Assembly: GCA_951406725.2 (NCBI GenBank)
Contig: OX597814.1
Location: 185,752,001-185,816,000 of the forward strand
DNA length: 64,000 bases
Source: Octopus vulgaris
Taxonomy: Eukaryota
Direction of reading: 5' to 3'
The notes beneath the pieces were generated by a model that saw nothing but the letters and a program-made list of their open reading frames with translations, was not told where the DNA came from and did not search any database. Made by a program: the position numbers and the translations under genes. Below, one piece after another: positions 37,491-51,365 of this stretch. Numbering within the stretch: position 1 is the first letter of the stretch; each line of letters opens with the position of its first letter.

Positions 37491-38003
37491 TATGTGATTT
37501 GATGTAAATTGGGCTGGCTCACGTGACCAACCACAAAGAAATTTCCTCATTTACTAGAGTATTTCATTGCGTCATAAAGTTTATCCCAGTTCCAACAAAA
37601 CAGAAAGGGAGTTAGTTCTGAGGAAGGGGCTCATTATATTTTTTGATGGAAAGATTTCAATTTAATGCTGAGTGCTCATAAAACCCTCATCAGTTCTAAA
37701 ATATTTATAGTTTTTCCTATCTTGTAATTCCTCTGCGGCACAACAGAAGGTTTCTAGTATTGACCTCTTTAATTCTTTTACATGTTTCAGTCATTTGACT
37801 GTGGCCATGCTGGAGCAATTCCCTAAAGAGTCTTAGTCAAACAAATCAACCCCAGGACTTATTCTTTGTAAGCCTAGTACTTATTCTATCAGTCTCTTTT
37901 GCCAAACTGCTAAGTTACAGGGACATAAACACACCAACATCAGTTGTCAAGCAATGGTGGGGTGACAAACACAAACACAGACACACACGCATAAATGAAT
38001 AAG

Positions 38004-38073
<70 letters not shown>

Positions 38074-39346
38074 CAGGGTGTGGTGAATAAATATTCGTCT
38101 AAATTACACAAAAATGAAAATAATAACACTAACATCTCATTTTAACAAATATATTTATCAAAATTACATAAAATATCTTGAAATACTAGAGGGTAAATTT
38201 ATTAAATAAATTCACCATTGGCGTCAACCACAGCCTCCAGACAACTTTGGAATCTCCTGAAACTCTTCTAAATGGTCTCTTTGTTTAAGTTGGTGAATGC
38301 GGCCATAATCTTGCCTTCAGTTCATTTTTGGTGTTACAAGGAGTTTTGTTGGTTTTTCACTTAACTGCAACGCCACACATAATAACCAAAGGGGTTGTAG
38401 TCTGGGGATATTAGGGTGGCCAGATGTTAGGGGTGATGTGATTGCAGAAATTGTCTGACAGCCATGACTGGGTTCTCTTGCTTGTGTGGCATGGGGCAGA
38501 GTCCCGTTGCCGGACATAGGGTCTTCCAGCAATCACCCTCTTGACCCAAGGCAGCACTACCTCCTCCAGGCAATTGATGTAGGCCTCTGTGTTGAATCTG
38601 AGGCCATGCAGGAAGACGAATGGAGGCATAATGTCACCATCACTAGTTATCACTTCAAACACCATGCTGTTGACTGGATCTTTGATTTTTATCACTCTCG
38701 GTGCATGTTTTGAGGACACAGTAAGCCAATGATTCTTCTGTGTGTTCACACTCTGATCCTGGCAAAAATTTTTCTTGTCTGAGAAAGACCAAAGTATGTT
38801 CAGTTGGAGGGGATGCTTGAGTTTGTTTAAAAGCTTCTTACCACAGTTTTTCCTCTTGTCCTTGGGAAAAGAATACTAAATGTCTTCATACATAACCTGC
38901 TTGATAAGAAACTCAGATACTCCCATGGCCCTGGCAATGGACCTGATTGACTTGGAAGGATCGTTGTGAATCATGGCCTGGATCTCACCAACAAATTTAG
39001 GAGTTCTTTTCTATCAGAAAGATCCAAGTGAGTTTTCTGAATTGCCATACCTTTGTAATTACCATTACACTCATCCAACGCTTTCTGAATCTTCTTCACT
39101 GTCCTCACATTGACACTCAAAAACTCTGAAATGTTCGTATTTGAGCTTCCAGCATGAATGCCAAGCAGTACAGGATATTGTTTCCAAATTTTTGGCAGAG
39201 TGAATTGTATCATGGTGCTTTTTTTTTTTTACAGACAGTGCCCAACTGACCCTACCATACTGTGTAGTCAACAAAATCAAAAACAAACAATGTACATGCA
39301 CGAAATAAAAAATATAAAATGGCAAAAATTTACACATCGCACCCTG
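38074..39346 (-). mobile_element. Tc1/mariner transposon (DD37D/maT-like), full-length relic with frameshifted transposase
   Basis: Imperfect TIRs CAGGGTGTGGTGAATAAA / CAGGGTGCGATGTGTAAA flanked by TA; SDKKNF..MVFEVITSDGDIMPPFVF..RQRDSAPCHTSKRTQSWL..IWPP(fs)PDYNP. Confidence 0.85.
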
Positions 39347-39362
39347 TATATATATCATCATT

Positions 39363-39398
<36 letters not shown>

Positions 39399-40176
39399 GT
39401 TTAACATCTGTTTTCCATTCTGGTATGGTATATATATGTATATATGCAGGGTGGCCAGATGTTAGGGGTGATGTGATTGCAGAAATTGTCTGATAGCCAT
39501 GACTGGCTTTAGACAGTCTAGCTTTAGACTAACCAGAGCTGTAAAAGGTTAAACATAATAAAGAATTTTTTGGTTTTTCTCAGTTATGCTCTAACAAATG
39601 CTCTTACAGAGTATGCACTATCATGGTAATCTACAATACAAAAAACAATCAACGGCACCTTTGGACTTAGAAGAGTAATTATGAATGAAATAAACTATAG
39701 CGACTATATTCAAACATTATATTCTTGTCCATAGTTAAACTAACTTTAAGCTGTCTCAGAGATAACATACCAAGTGGAATAGAAAAACAAATAATTTCCT
39801 CTATTAATTTACAAGTGTTTCTGCAAAATGGCTATCAGAGTAGCTATATTCTGAAAATACATTAGTCTGGTTAAAGTTAACAGTTTGCCTCATCATGTTA
39901 CCAGTGCTGAAATATATGGAGTAGAGTAGGGAGCAGGTTGCTCCGTGGGTTTTCAGTTGCTAACCCAGTCCACCTGGATACCAGTAGTTACCACAGGGTG
40001 ATTCACTGCTGCAAAGTATGCGTTAGTCATTATACACACACATACCATGCTTTATATATACTAGAATGTGTTATTGCTGGTCAGAGAGTGACCATTGATT
40101 TCACACCTATAAAAGCCCTTAGCTGAATAGGCTTATAGTCATCATCATCATCATCATCATCATTATCATCATCGTT

Positions 40177-40226
<50 letters not shown>

Positions 40227-41029
40227 TATCATCATCACCAACACCACCATCACCACCACCACCATCATCATCATCATCCCCATTACTACCACCATCATCA
40301 TTTCTATGCTTGCATGGATCAGATGGAATGTATTGAGGTAGATTTTCTATGGTCAGATGCATTTCCTGTTGCCAACCCTACCTGTTTCCATGCCAGGCAA
40401 TGCTTCCTCAAAGCCAGACATGATTTTGCAGAAGACTGGAAATATTTATTTACAACAATTACATGATATCAAGACAAGGGATGAGGAACATACATTCACA
40501 CACACGTATATATGATGAGCTTCTTTCAGTTCCCGTTTACGAAATCTATCCACAAGGTTCTATTTGGCCCAGGGCTTTAGTAAAAGACATTTGCCCATAG
40601 TGCTATGCAGAGGGACTGAACACTGAACCATGTGGTTGGTAAGCAAACTTCTTACCACACTGCAATACCTACCACCTTATCCAAATAGGGAATTCCCTTT
40701 GAGGTGCTGGTGTCAGATCCAGGGGAAGATATTACTTTTTTTTGAGACTAGATTCGTATACTGCTCCAAAAGAAGTCAAACAGAAAAGAAGTCAAACAGA
40801 AGAAAAAGGAAAGGAAGAAGGAAGTGTCTATAGTTTTTTTATGCCCTCTTATTCTAAATAATTGAAGGTAACAAGACTAGTTAATGTTCAATCTTCAATA
40901 TTTGCAAACAAGTAGTTATATATATATATGTATATATAGTCCTTAACAGGTCCTTGTTACCAAAGACTGTATATATGTAATGTTGCAATTTGTAACAACC
41001 AATACTTAATGCAACCAAACTTCTACATG

Positions 41030-41075
41030 TTACTTTTGACAATCTTTTTTCCAAAGAGTGAAACCGGTAAAGTAA
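41030..41075 (+). ncRNA. Decayed hammerhead
   Basis: TTACTT TTGACAA TCTTT..AAAGAGT GAAAC CG GTA AAGTAA; 6-bp stem I, palindrome ACCGGT; (TA)n about 83 nt downstream. Confidence 0.6.
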
Positions 41076-41199
41076 ATAAACATATTTTAAAATTGCATTT
41101 TCAAACCTTCTTTCGTATATAATTCCACTCATGCGGTACCCTACAACTCCACTTTGTTATATATATATATATATTATCATTATTATTATTATTATTATT

Positions 41200-41237
<38 letters not shown>

Positions 41238-41240
<3 letters not shown>

Positions 41241-41545
41241 GGTGATTCAAAAGTCGCCATACTTAGGAACAATTTATCTTTTTATTATAAGAAACAGTTT
41301 ATAAGAACAGTTTGTTTTTGTTATTTAACAGGCTCTATATGGTTACCATTGTTTTGAATACACATTTACCCCACTCATTGTGAACTCGTAATAACACATC
41401 TGGCAATACGTGTGCAAATGAGTTGGTGATGTGTTCCTTCAAATGATTTATGTCTTTTACCTTTCTGCACTACACCATGCCTTTCAAATGCCCCCAAAGA
41501 CAGAAATCATGAGGGGTCAGATCAGGGGACCTAAGGGATCTTATT
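41238..41545 (-). mobile_element. Tc1/mariner 3' end fragment
   Basis: TA-CAGGGTGATTCAAAAGTC terminus; RSPDLTPHDFCLWGHLKGMV. Confidence 0.8.
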
Positions 41546-41559
41546 AACTGTCTCTTATA

Positions 41560-41616
41560 GGTTGTCAAGCAATGGTGGGGAGACAAACATAGACACACAA
41601 ACATATACATATATAC

Positions 41617-41711
<95 letters not shown>

Positions 41712-41865
41712 ACAAGCTTCTTTCAATTTCCGTCTACCAAATCCACTCACAAGGCTTTGGTCAGCCCAAGGCTATAGTAGAAGACACCTGCTCAAGATGC
41801 CATGCAGTGGGACTGAACCCAGAACCATGTGGTCAGTAAGCAAGCTACTTACCACACAACCATGC
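41560..41865 (-). mobile_element. SINE family A, partial
   Basis: Head plus expanded internal microsatellite. Confidence 0.8.
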
Positions 41866-41871
41866 ACACAA

Positions 41872-41904
<33 letters not shown>

Positions 41905-42260
41905 CATATATGTATGTATATATACATTATATATAAATCTGAGTGTAGAGAGAGACAGAAAGACAGAGACAGAGACAGGCAGTAAGGCAGACAGAGAAAG
42001 AGACCAATGAGAAAGGAACTAAAAAAAACATTCATGTTCTGGAGAAATGTCAGCAGAGGGGACCAGAACAGGCAAAGGGGAACCTGTGACACACATGTCA
42101 ACAGTGACACGCCACAGTTTTTGGTGACATGCAATGGACTTTGGAAAAAAAGTTGGGTAAAAAAAACCCAATAAAAGGTTCCTGCAATGTCCTTTTATAA
42201 AAAAATAAAAAAAGGGAAAGATGTTTATCTCCAAGCATTTACCTAAATACTAAGAGACAG

Positions 42261-42296
<36 letters not shown>

Positions 42297-42411
42297 GTGA
42301 CACTGCAATAATAAGATTATTAAAGAAATTAAAATTTCAACACAGCTGGCTATAAAAAGGTTTGCCATCACTGGTTTGGGATATGTGACACAGTGGAATT
42401 GAAATAAGGAG

Positions 42412-42476
<65 letters not shown>

Positions 42477-42799
42477 GGAGATGTAATTGGTATGATATAC
42501 ATGGCATGTGTATGTGGTTAGTTTATATACTGTAGCTGACAGTAGGCCGAACTAAGGAAACATGTTAAAGGCTCAGTTTAATCTCGAAATAACTACACTT
42601 GAAGACAACATGATCACTTGCTTTGCCGATAGATTGTCTTTCTCCTCCATCATCATCATCATCATCATCACCACCACTGCCACTGCCACTGCCACCACTA
42701 CCACCACCACCACTACTACTAGACCATCACAACCGCCACCACCACCACCACTACCACCACCATCATCATCATCATCACCATCACAACCATCATCCTATA

Positions 42800-43662
42800 T
42801 ATGAAGAATTATTCAATACTTTTGGAAGAATACAAATTTATTATTTTTTAACAAGAGTAGCATGGACAGTGACTTCGAAGTGTCTGTTGGTTTAGCTGGA
42901 CAAAACCCTTCAAAGCCGTTGTCAATACTATTCTGTCACACCCTGGAAGTTGAGGGAATCTGTGGAAGAGGTAGACCCAGGAAAACCTGGGATGAGGTGG
43001 TGAAGCACAACCTTTGAACATTAGGCCTTACCGAGGCAATGACTAGTGACCGAGACCTTTGGAGATATGCTTTGCTTGAGAAGACCCGACAAGCCAAGTG
43101 AGACTATAGCCCTTGGCCTATGCCAGTGGGTGTAACCAGCCCACTTATGAATATCCCTTATTCACAGGACAATAAACTTTGCTTGCAAAGACCTATTGAG
43201 GCAAGTAAAATCAAAATCAAAATCGCTGACATGGCCAATGATAGTACCGCCTGATTGGCACTCGTGTACATCAAGCATGATCATTGCCAGGGTCACAGAT
43301 TGGCTCCTGTGCCGGTGGTATGTAAAAAGCACCATTCGGTGGCACATGAAAAACAACATTTGAGCGTGGTCATTGCCAGAGCCACCGGACTGGCTCCTGT
43401 GCAGGTAGCATGTAAAAAACACATTTTGAGCATGGTCATTGCCAGAACCACCTGACTGGGCCTTGTGTTGGTGGCATCTAAAAGCACTTACTACACTCTT
43501 GGAGTGGTTGGCGTTAGGAAGGGCATCCAGCTGTAGAAACTTTGCCAGATCAGATTGAGCCTGGTGCAACCTTCTGGCTAACCAGTCCTCAGTCAAACCG
43601 TCCAACCCATGCCAGCATGGAAAGTGGACGTTAAACGACGACGACGACGATGATGATGATGA
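42800..43662 (+). mobile_element. RTE-like LINE 3' end (ORF C-terminus, 3' UTR, (ATG)n tail)
   Basis: CHTLEVEGICGRGRPRKTWDEVVKHNL*TLGLTEAMTSDRDLWRYALLEKTRQAK*; the UTR matches the many short copies. Confidence 0.85.
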
Positions 43663-43666
43663 TATA

Positions 43667-43732
<66 letters not shown>

Positions 43733-43799
43733 CATAATAATAATAATAATAATAATAATGAATTCTCCTTTCATTAGACGACATATGAGGGTTCAACAA

Positions 43800-44013
43800 T
43801 TTCTTACCAAACAACCACACTGATGATTTGTTTATAGGGATTAAATGTTTGTGTAGACATAAGATCACTCCCTCTATCAAATTGACATTGCCTGTACAGG
43901 TGCAACCTGGTGCCACATGTCAGAACACAACAACGCAACACCCAGTTTGGGAATTGAACCTACGATCTCACAATCGTAAGTGCAACTCTCTAACCACTAA
44001 ACCATGTGCCTTC
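43800..44013 (-). mobile_element. tRNA-head SINE
   Basis: Minus strand: ggcacatggtttagtggttagagagttgcacttacgattgtgagatcgtaggttcaattccc. Confidence 0.6.
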
Positions 44014-44213
44014 ACAAGATATATATATATATATATATATAAATTTTAAAAAAAAACACCTTTTATCGATTCAAAAATGAAAGATTAAATTATACCATTT
44101 AGAAAAATTACATATAGAAAAATTACATATAGAAAAATTAAATATATGTTAAAGCATATAACAATGATTAAGTAATGTGCAAAATAATAAATAAAACATA
44201 TATATTTGGTAGA

Positions 44214-44318
44214 ATAATAACACGTGTTTCGTGGCTATATTTAAGAAATGATAATAGTATAAATAATAGTAGTAGTAGTAAAATCACTTCAGTATAAATA
44301 TAGCCACTCTTCAGGTTA
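44214..44318 (-). ncRNA. Hammerhead with 13-bp perfect stem II
   Basis: Minus strand: TAAC CTGAAGA GTGGCTATATTTA..TAAATATAGCCAC GAAAC ACGT GTT ATTA; palindrome ACACGTGT. Confidence 0.8.
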
Positions 44319-45371
44319 AAGATAACAACAATAATAAAATAATTATATAAATTAATAAATATACGTAAATAATCTTGTAAAATACGAAATATCTTAACAA
44401 ATATATTCTTGTTTAAAAAATAAGATACACTTATATAAAATATTTAAAACAAATATATATATATATATATATAGCAGATACAAAATATAAATTAAGTGAA
44501 AACTAAATACTATAGTTTAAACTATATACATTAAATTAAATTATGAATTAATTAATATATTTATTTAATAAACATCTAAATAAAATCTTATATTGATTAA
44601 GTAATTTATATTAAAAACCTTAATGTTAAGTAATATACATAATGTTAGTACAAGCTATAAATATTGAAATTAAAAATAGGAAATGGTTCAAATATATACA
44701 CACCTATTAGATAAACTAACTATATTATTAATGTATATGTAGTATCTATAGATTTAATATTTTACTCAATAATATAGTTGACCAAAATATCAATTAATAT
44801 AAAACTAATTTACTTAAACGTAATACTACGTAATAAATATACCACCTAATTATTAAATAATGTATTGTCTTACAAAACTAATTCTCAAATTAAATTATAT
44901 GTAATATGTTAAATCACATTATAAAATAATAATAAAGCATAATAAATAAATAGATATACATATCATAACTAATAATTATCAAGAAATTATATATAAAATT
45001 AATATTTTAACAACAATAATAATAACAATAATAACAATCAAACTTAATACAATTCAAAAGTTAAATAATATTGTTAAATAAAAAACATTACTAAGTTTGC
45101 CGATGAAAATAATATAACTAATATATATATATATATATATATATTTATACACACATTCATATATATACATAGATATATATACACATACATATACACATAC
45201 ATATACATATATACATACATACATATACATACACATATATGCACACACATTTATACATGCATATTTTGGGTCATCCCATAAATAATGTGTTTTTTTTTCA
45301 ATAGCATGACCTAAAAGTTTGAACTCAGAACATAAAGACAGACGAAATATTGCAAAGCATTTCACCTATGC

Positions 45372-45456
<85 letters not shown>

Positions 45457-46254
45457 TTATATGTATATATATATATATGTATATATATGTATATATATGT
45501 ATATATATACATATATATATATATGTATATATGTGTGTATTTAAGAAGGACAAAGGACAATGCTTTTTCTGACTCATGCAAGCATGGAAAATGATGATTA
45601 TATACACACATAAAACACACACAATACACAAATTTCAGTGCAGTTTCTGTCGATTAAATTCTAATTATATGGTTTTTGTCCGAGACAACCACCTTAGGCA
45701 AGAAGAGAAACACGTCTAAGGTGCCATGAAAATAAATTCAAATCCAGAACTATGCCTATTGTGAAACAAACTCCTTAGCCATGGAATGACGTCTGCACAC
45801 CCAACACATCTGTGTAAACTAAACTGCATGGTATTCCCTAATACACGGTGCAGTTGTGCAATGCAATATAAAAAATTGTGCAGACTGCTGAACAACAAAA
45901 GACAAAAAAAAATCCTAAAAAAAAATATGAACTATAACGAAGAATGCAACACCCAATTATTGTCTTGAGTTTCGTTCGTTATATGTTGCAGAGGGAAAAG
46001 AAAAAGGAGATGGAAAGCTTTCTTTCTTTCCTTTTTTCTCACCATATCCATTTTTATATTTGTTTTTTGTTTTTTTTTTGTTTTTTTTTTGCTTTTGGAT
46101 TTTTTTTTATATCACAGATACTGCACTATTGCAATTCTTTTTTGCTGGTGTAAATGCAGCAATATAGTGCATCATAGATTACAAATTGCATAAGTTGCAT
46201 ACAGCATTTTATGTCATTACTGCGCATTTCAAAATCGTTTGCTTGATGCAGGAG

Positions 46255-46335
46255 TAGAGTGGAGTGGAGCGGAGTTAAGCGGAGTGGAGCGGAGTGGAGC
46301 GGAGTGGAGCGGAGTGGAGCGGAGTGGAGTGGATG
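46255..46335. repeat. (GGAGT/GGAGC)n pentamer repeat
   Basis: Direct reading. Confidence 0.9.
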
Positions 46336-46707
46336 GGAGTTTAAGGGAGAGGAGAATTAAGTGTGGAAGTGGTGGAGGTGGCGGCGGTGGCAGCGGTGGT
46401 GTTGGTGGTGGTGGATGAGATTGTATTTCTTTAAATTCATTGAAATAATCAGCAGTTAATATTTTGCCAATGCTGGTGCTGTTGCAGTGAAATGCTGCAT
46501 TCTCTTTCTGTCTGTCTGTTTGTTGGTTGTTGTTGTTGTTGCTGCTGCTGTTGTTGCTGATGCAGCTATTGTTACCTTGTTACATTAATACCTTGCAGTA
46601 TTAACGATTCAAAAGATGCCACTACTTCTATGGATACTGTATTGCAAAATCGGTGCTCTAAAAATGCCTCACAAGATTTCTTTGGCCTTTCTTAAATAAC
46701 CGTTACC

Positions 46708-46984
46708 ACTCTCTTTTACTCTTTTACTCTCTTACTTGTTTCAGTCATATGACTGTGGCCATGCTGGAGCACCGCCTTTAGTCAAGCAAATCAACCCCAG
46801 GACTTATTCTTTGTAAGCCTAATGTAAGCCTAATACTTACTCAATCGGTCTTTTTTGCCTAGTACTTATTATACTGGTCTCCTTTGCCGAACCGCTAAGT
46901 TACGGGAATGTAAACCCACCACCATCGGTTGTCAAGCAATGTTGGGGGAACAAACACAGACACACAAACATATACACACACATA

Positions 46985-47030
<46 letters not shown>

Positions 47031-47103
47031 TTTACAATGGGCTTCTTTCAGTTTCCATCTACCAATCCACTCACAAGGCTTTGGTTGGCCCAAGGCTATA
47101 GTA
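46708..47103 (-). mobile_element. SINE family A, head missing
   Basis: Tail and body. Confidence 0.8.
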
Positions 47104-47354
47104 GGTTGCATTTATTGTTAATGCTTAGTCCCAGGTCAGCCCTGTTGATCAAAGACATTCCAGCTGTGGCCATTCTAGCTATTTTTTCATCCATTGTTTA
47201 TTCCTGCATTAAAATATTCAAAGTGCCTTTTTGATGATACTTTGTGATTTTGAGGGATATTTGACTGCTATGTTTAGCAAAAAAAGCAGTTATGTCATTA
47301 GAGTTTCAGTCAGGATTTTTTGTCTTTTTTTTTGTCATTGCTATCATTGTTATA

Positions 47355-48232
47355 GGCATAGGAGTGGCTGTGTGGCAAGTAGCTTGCTTACCAGCCACAT
47401 GGTTCCGGGTTCAGTCCCACTGCATGGTACCTTGGGTAAGTGTCTTCTACTACAGCCTCAGGCTGACCAAAGCCTTGTGAGTGGATTTGGTAGACAGAAA
47501 CTGAAAGAAGCCCGTCGTATATACCATAAATCCTCGAGTATAATCTGCATTTTGTTCCCAAAATTTAAAGGTCAAAATCCCTAGAGCGTACTATATACGA
47601 GGTTAAAAATGAAAATTATTTTCTAAGCAATGTCTGAGTCTCTATTTGCTGTCCAGCAATGTTTATTCAGATGCATTTTGTGATGTCGGGCACGAAAATA
47701 CCTTAAATTATCCATAACTTGCAGTAAGCAACATTTGTTAAACGTTATTACTGTTATTTCTTTATTTTCTGCAAACAAAATGCACAAAAAAGCTACACGT
47801 TTACATTATGTTATATATACAATAATAATAAAGGATGTTACCGTATACATTTTTACAAACCAAGAATGTTATATAGATCTCCTTGACTCAAGTTAGAGAA
47901 GGGGTGCGTATTACACATAAGGTTTAGGTTTTTCAGAGGTACAGCCCTCTAAAAATCCCCTGCGTATTATACTCAAGGGCGGACTATACTTGAGGGTTTA
48001 CGGTATGTATATATGTGTGTGTGTGTGTGTTTGTCCCCCCAAATTCGCTTCACAACCGATGCTGGTGTGTTTACATTCCTGTAACTTAGCAGTTCGGCAG
48101 AAGAGACCGATAGAATAAGTACTAGGCTTATAAAGAATAAGTCCTGGGGGCGATTTGCTCGACTAAAGGCGGTGCTCCAGCATGGCCACAGTCAAATGAC
48201 TGAAACAAGTAAAAGAGTAAAAGAAAAAGAGA
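47355..48232 (+). mobile_element. SINE family A interrupted by a MITE
   Basis: Head 47355-47520; body resumes at 48004. Confidence 0.85.
47524..48003. mobile_element. 480-bp pogo/Tc2-like MITE
   Basis: Imperfect TIR CCATAAATCCTCGAGTATAATC / GACTATACTTGAGGGTTTACGG, flanked by TA. Confidence 0.75.
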
Positions 48233-48724
48233 GTAGTTCAGTATCTCAATGTCATTTCATTGCTGTCTCAGTTTTTAACGTATGAGAAACAGAAAGTTAC
48301 AGAGATAAAGAAAAACAAGAGACAGGTATAAAGAGAGATAGACAGAAAGACAAACAGACAGGAAAGAAGACTTGCAGATTGACTGATTCCAAGACAAACA
48401 AACAGAGAAACAGACAGACTGGCATGCAGGCAGGTACCAAGAATTGAAACAACTTTGCAGTGATATTTCTTCCAATGCATTAGGAGATATTTTATCTCTT
48501 TATCAGAAACTAATTTTAAAGAAGCCATTTGTGTTTGCAGGAAATCTTTTGATAAGAAAATTCAGAAAGTTTCTTACAACCCAATTCCAAAATTCTTCTA
48601 ATAACAATAAAAGCGCTTTTTTATTTTATTTATTCTTTTTTAATTATAATTTTCCATTTCTTTCTTTTTGTTAATGAATTGTATTTTATTTATTTTGTAT
48701 TTGTATTATCAATAATAATTAGTT

Positions 48725-48763
<39 letters not shown>

Positions 48764-48926
48764 CCTGCATGTATTTATGAATTCCCACTTGTAAGTAAAC
48801 AAGTATACATACATGAATATACTTATATACAATATAAAAAAATTTTTATGTATCCATATCTGTGTGTGTGTGTGTGTGTGTGACCACACATATATACACA
48901 TATTTATGCAAGTATGTATGTGTGTG

Positions 48927-48965
<39 letters not shown>

Positions 48966-49152
48966 GAATATATATATGTATATATATATATATGAATATA
49001 TATATGTATATATATATATATGTATATATATGTATAAACATTTATGCAAATATTTGTGTCTATATATACACACAAATTGTATAGATGTTTACATCTGTAT
49101 CTGAAGTTCTGTAAGTTTGTGTGAGTCTATGTGTGTGTATTTATATATATGC

Positions 49153-49203
<51 letters not shown>

Positions 49204-50065
49204 AATGTAAGTGAATGTGTATTTATGGGTTGGTACAAAAATGTTTGTATTTGTATCTAAACATTTCAAAGTTTGGTAGGTGAAGCAAGCACAAATTTTA
49301 CTTCCTGCTTCTTTTACCCAATCTTTACAGAAGCTTACTTTGGTTTACAAAACCTGAATACCTACCTTGCCACCACCTGAATACCTACTTCTCAGGTGAG
49401 CACACATGCAAGATAAACATCACACACACACCAGGAAATGGGAGAGGCAACCAGTTGTGAATACTAAATCATTTTTCCGTGAAGAATTTGCCACTCAGTA
49501 TTGACGAGTGACTAAAGCACAAGACAACATGAAGAAGGAAGTCTTGGAAACTGAAATATTCATAAATTCAAAGAACTAAGGCGATGCTTATGTTGAGACA
49601 GAGAAGTTAAAGAACTATAACATAGAAGTTACCTTGGAGTTTCTACAAGAAAACCTGTTGTGGGCAACGGAGCAAATCTGTTGCTAGAGCAAAGTTCCAG
49701 CAAGACATATGATGACATGATGGTGGAATGGTGAGGAAGATAGAGTCATAAAATCTAAGAGATTGGAAATAATACAAAAGTAAAGAACAATATCAGGTAA
49801 GTAGAAGAGAAACAAGATACCAGGTATAATTAGCAAAGAGAGAAGCAGAAAGTAAGAGATATGCCAATATTCTGTGACTTAGGATGGGAGGCATATGCTG
49901 TTCTGCATTGCAAAGCAGCATATCAGATGAGAATTTGAATGTTACGAGTGAAACATGTGTATATAATGTTATTGGTGCACAAACCCTCACTGACTCCAAA
50001 AAGGAGGTGGTACAGAAATACTGTGATGGGATGAGGAAAATACATTATGTGGGAGAAGACTATCT

Positions 50066-50290
50066 TAAACCTTAAGCATTTAAACCAGCTGTATCTGGCC
50101 AAAGTAGTTGGCCTGTTTTATGTTGAAACTGGCCAGATCTAGCCTCTCACACCAACCCTACAATATCATTCTAAAAATTAACAGTTGCTTCATCAAGCTC
50201 TCCAAGCTACATGATGATGCATGGTTAATTCAAACAATGTGAATTAAAAAAATGTATTAAATTTGGCAGAACAATGTGAATGCTGAAGAG
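50066..50290 (+). mobile_element. TTAA-type MITE copy
   Basis: Similar to 59815-60036. Confidence 0.65.
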
Positions 50291-50381
50291 AAAAGTTAAC
50301 TCAATGGAAAGACCAGCTCATGAAATTTACAGTTAAATGTGGTTGACATGACCATTAAAGATATGAAGGGTATAGAAAGTA

Positions 50382-50946
50382 TTGGGTTGTCTGAAAAGTT
50401 CGTGCCGATTTATAGTAGCTTACCTTTCAACTTATTTTAGAACATGGTTGAGTCCATAAAATACGATTTGACTACACCTCCATTTAGAGCACAGTTTAAG
50501 CTATCTTTTCATGGAAGAAGGTTTATGTTCCTATAACCTGTGTTAATTCTGTAACCCTTTAAAATGGAAGATAAGAAAGTTCATTTTCGGCACTTGATGC
50601 TTTGGGAACAAGACAAAAATTGCTGCAGCTCGGCTGGGATGTGTTACCCCACCCTCTATATTCACCAGATATTGCTCCTTCGGATTTCCACTTATTCAGG
50701 TCTCTACAGAATAGTCTTAATGGTAAAAATTTCAATTCCTTGGATGATGTAAAAAGATACCTTGATGAATTCTTTGCCATGAAACCACCTCAATTCTGGA
50801 AAGAGGGTATTTTCAAGTTAAAGGAAAGATGGAGATGCATTGTGCACCAAAATGGTTCATATTTGGTTGATTAAAAATGTAATGGCAAGTATTTATTGAC
50901 CTTTTTCTCTCCTTAAAAATTGGCCCAAACTTTCTGGACAACCCAA
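50382..50946 (+). mobile_element. Internally deleted mariner (DD34D-type) element
   Basis: TIR TTGGGTTGTCTGAAAAGTT / AACTTTCTGGACAACCCAA with TA TSD; N-terminal MEDKKVHFRHLMLWE fused to ..WDVLPHPLYSPDIAPSDFHLFRSLQN..RWRCIVHQNGSYLVD. Confidence 0.92.
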
Positions 50947-51025
50947 TAGTTGCTGAGATGTTGAATACATTCAGCAAAGCAGGATATGTACATGAAGGAG
51001 AAATTCAAAGTGATTAGCATAGTAA

Positions 51026-51057
<32 letters not shown>

Positions 51058-51293
51058 AGTACTACCTGTGTGTTAAATTCCTCATTGAGTTTATTGCCAG
51101 TCTTCACCTCACTGACGATTTCATTGGACATGGTTGCCATGGCTTTCACAAACTAAGAGACCGATAGAATAAGTACTAGGCTTACAAAAAATAAGTCCTG
51201 GGGTTGATTTGATCGACTAAAGGCGGCGCTCCAGCATGGCTGCAGTCAAATGACTGAAACAAGTAAAAGAGTAAAAGAGGGAGTAAAGAGTAT

Positions 51294-51327
<34 letters not shown>

Positions 51328-51328
51328 T

Positions 51329-51365
<37 letters not shown>

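Larger units (their letters stand above)
49650..51020 (+). mobile_element. Degraded RTE ORF fragment hosting MITE and mariner insertions
   Basis: WWNGEEDRVIKSKR..AKREAESKRYANIL remnants. Confidence 0.45.

Noticed and set aside
37645-37698. Minus-strand CTGATGA..GAAAT
   Set aside because: Stem II and stem I do not pair convincingly
43940-44013. tRNA gene
   Set aside because: The tRNA-like head runs into a SINE body and lacks a complete acceptor stem
44040-45120. Possible mitochondrial control-region NUMT
   Set aside because: No mitochondrial tRNA or gene remnants recognised; the hammerhead and TA flanks fit a retroposon better
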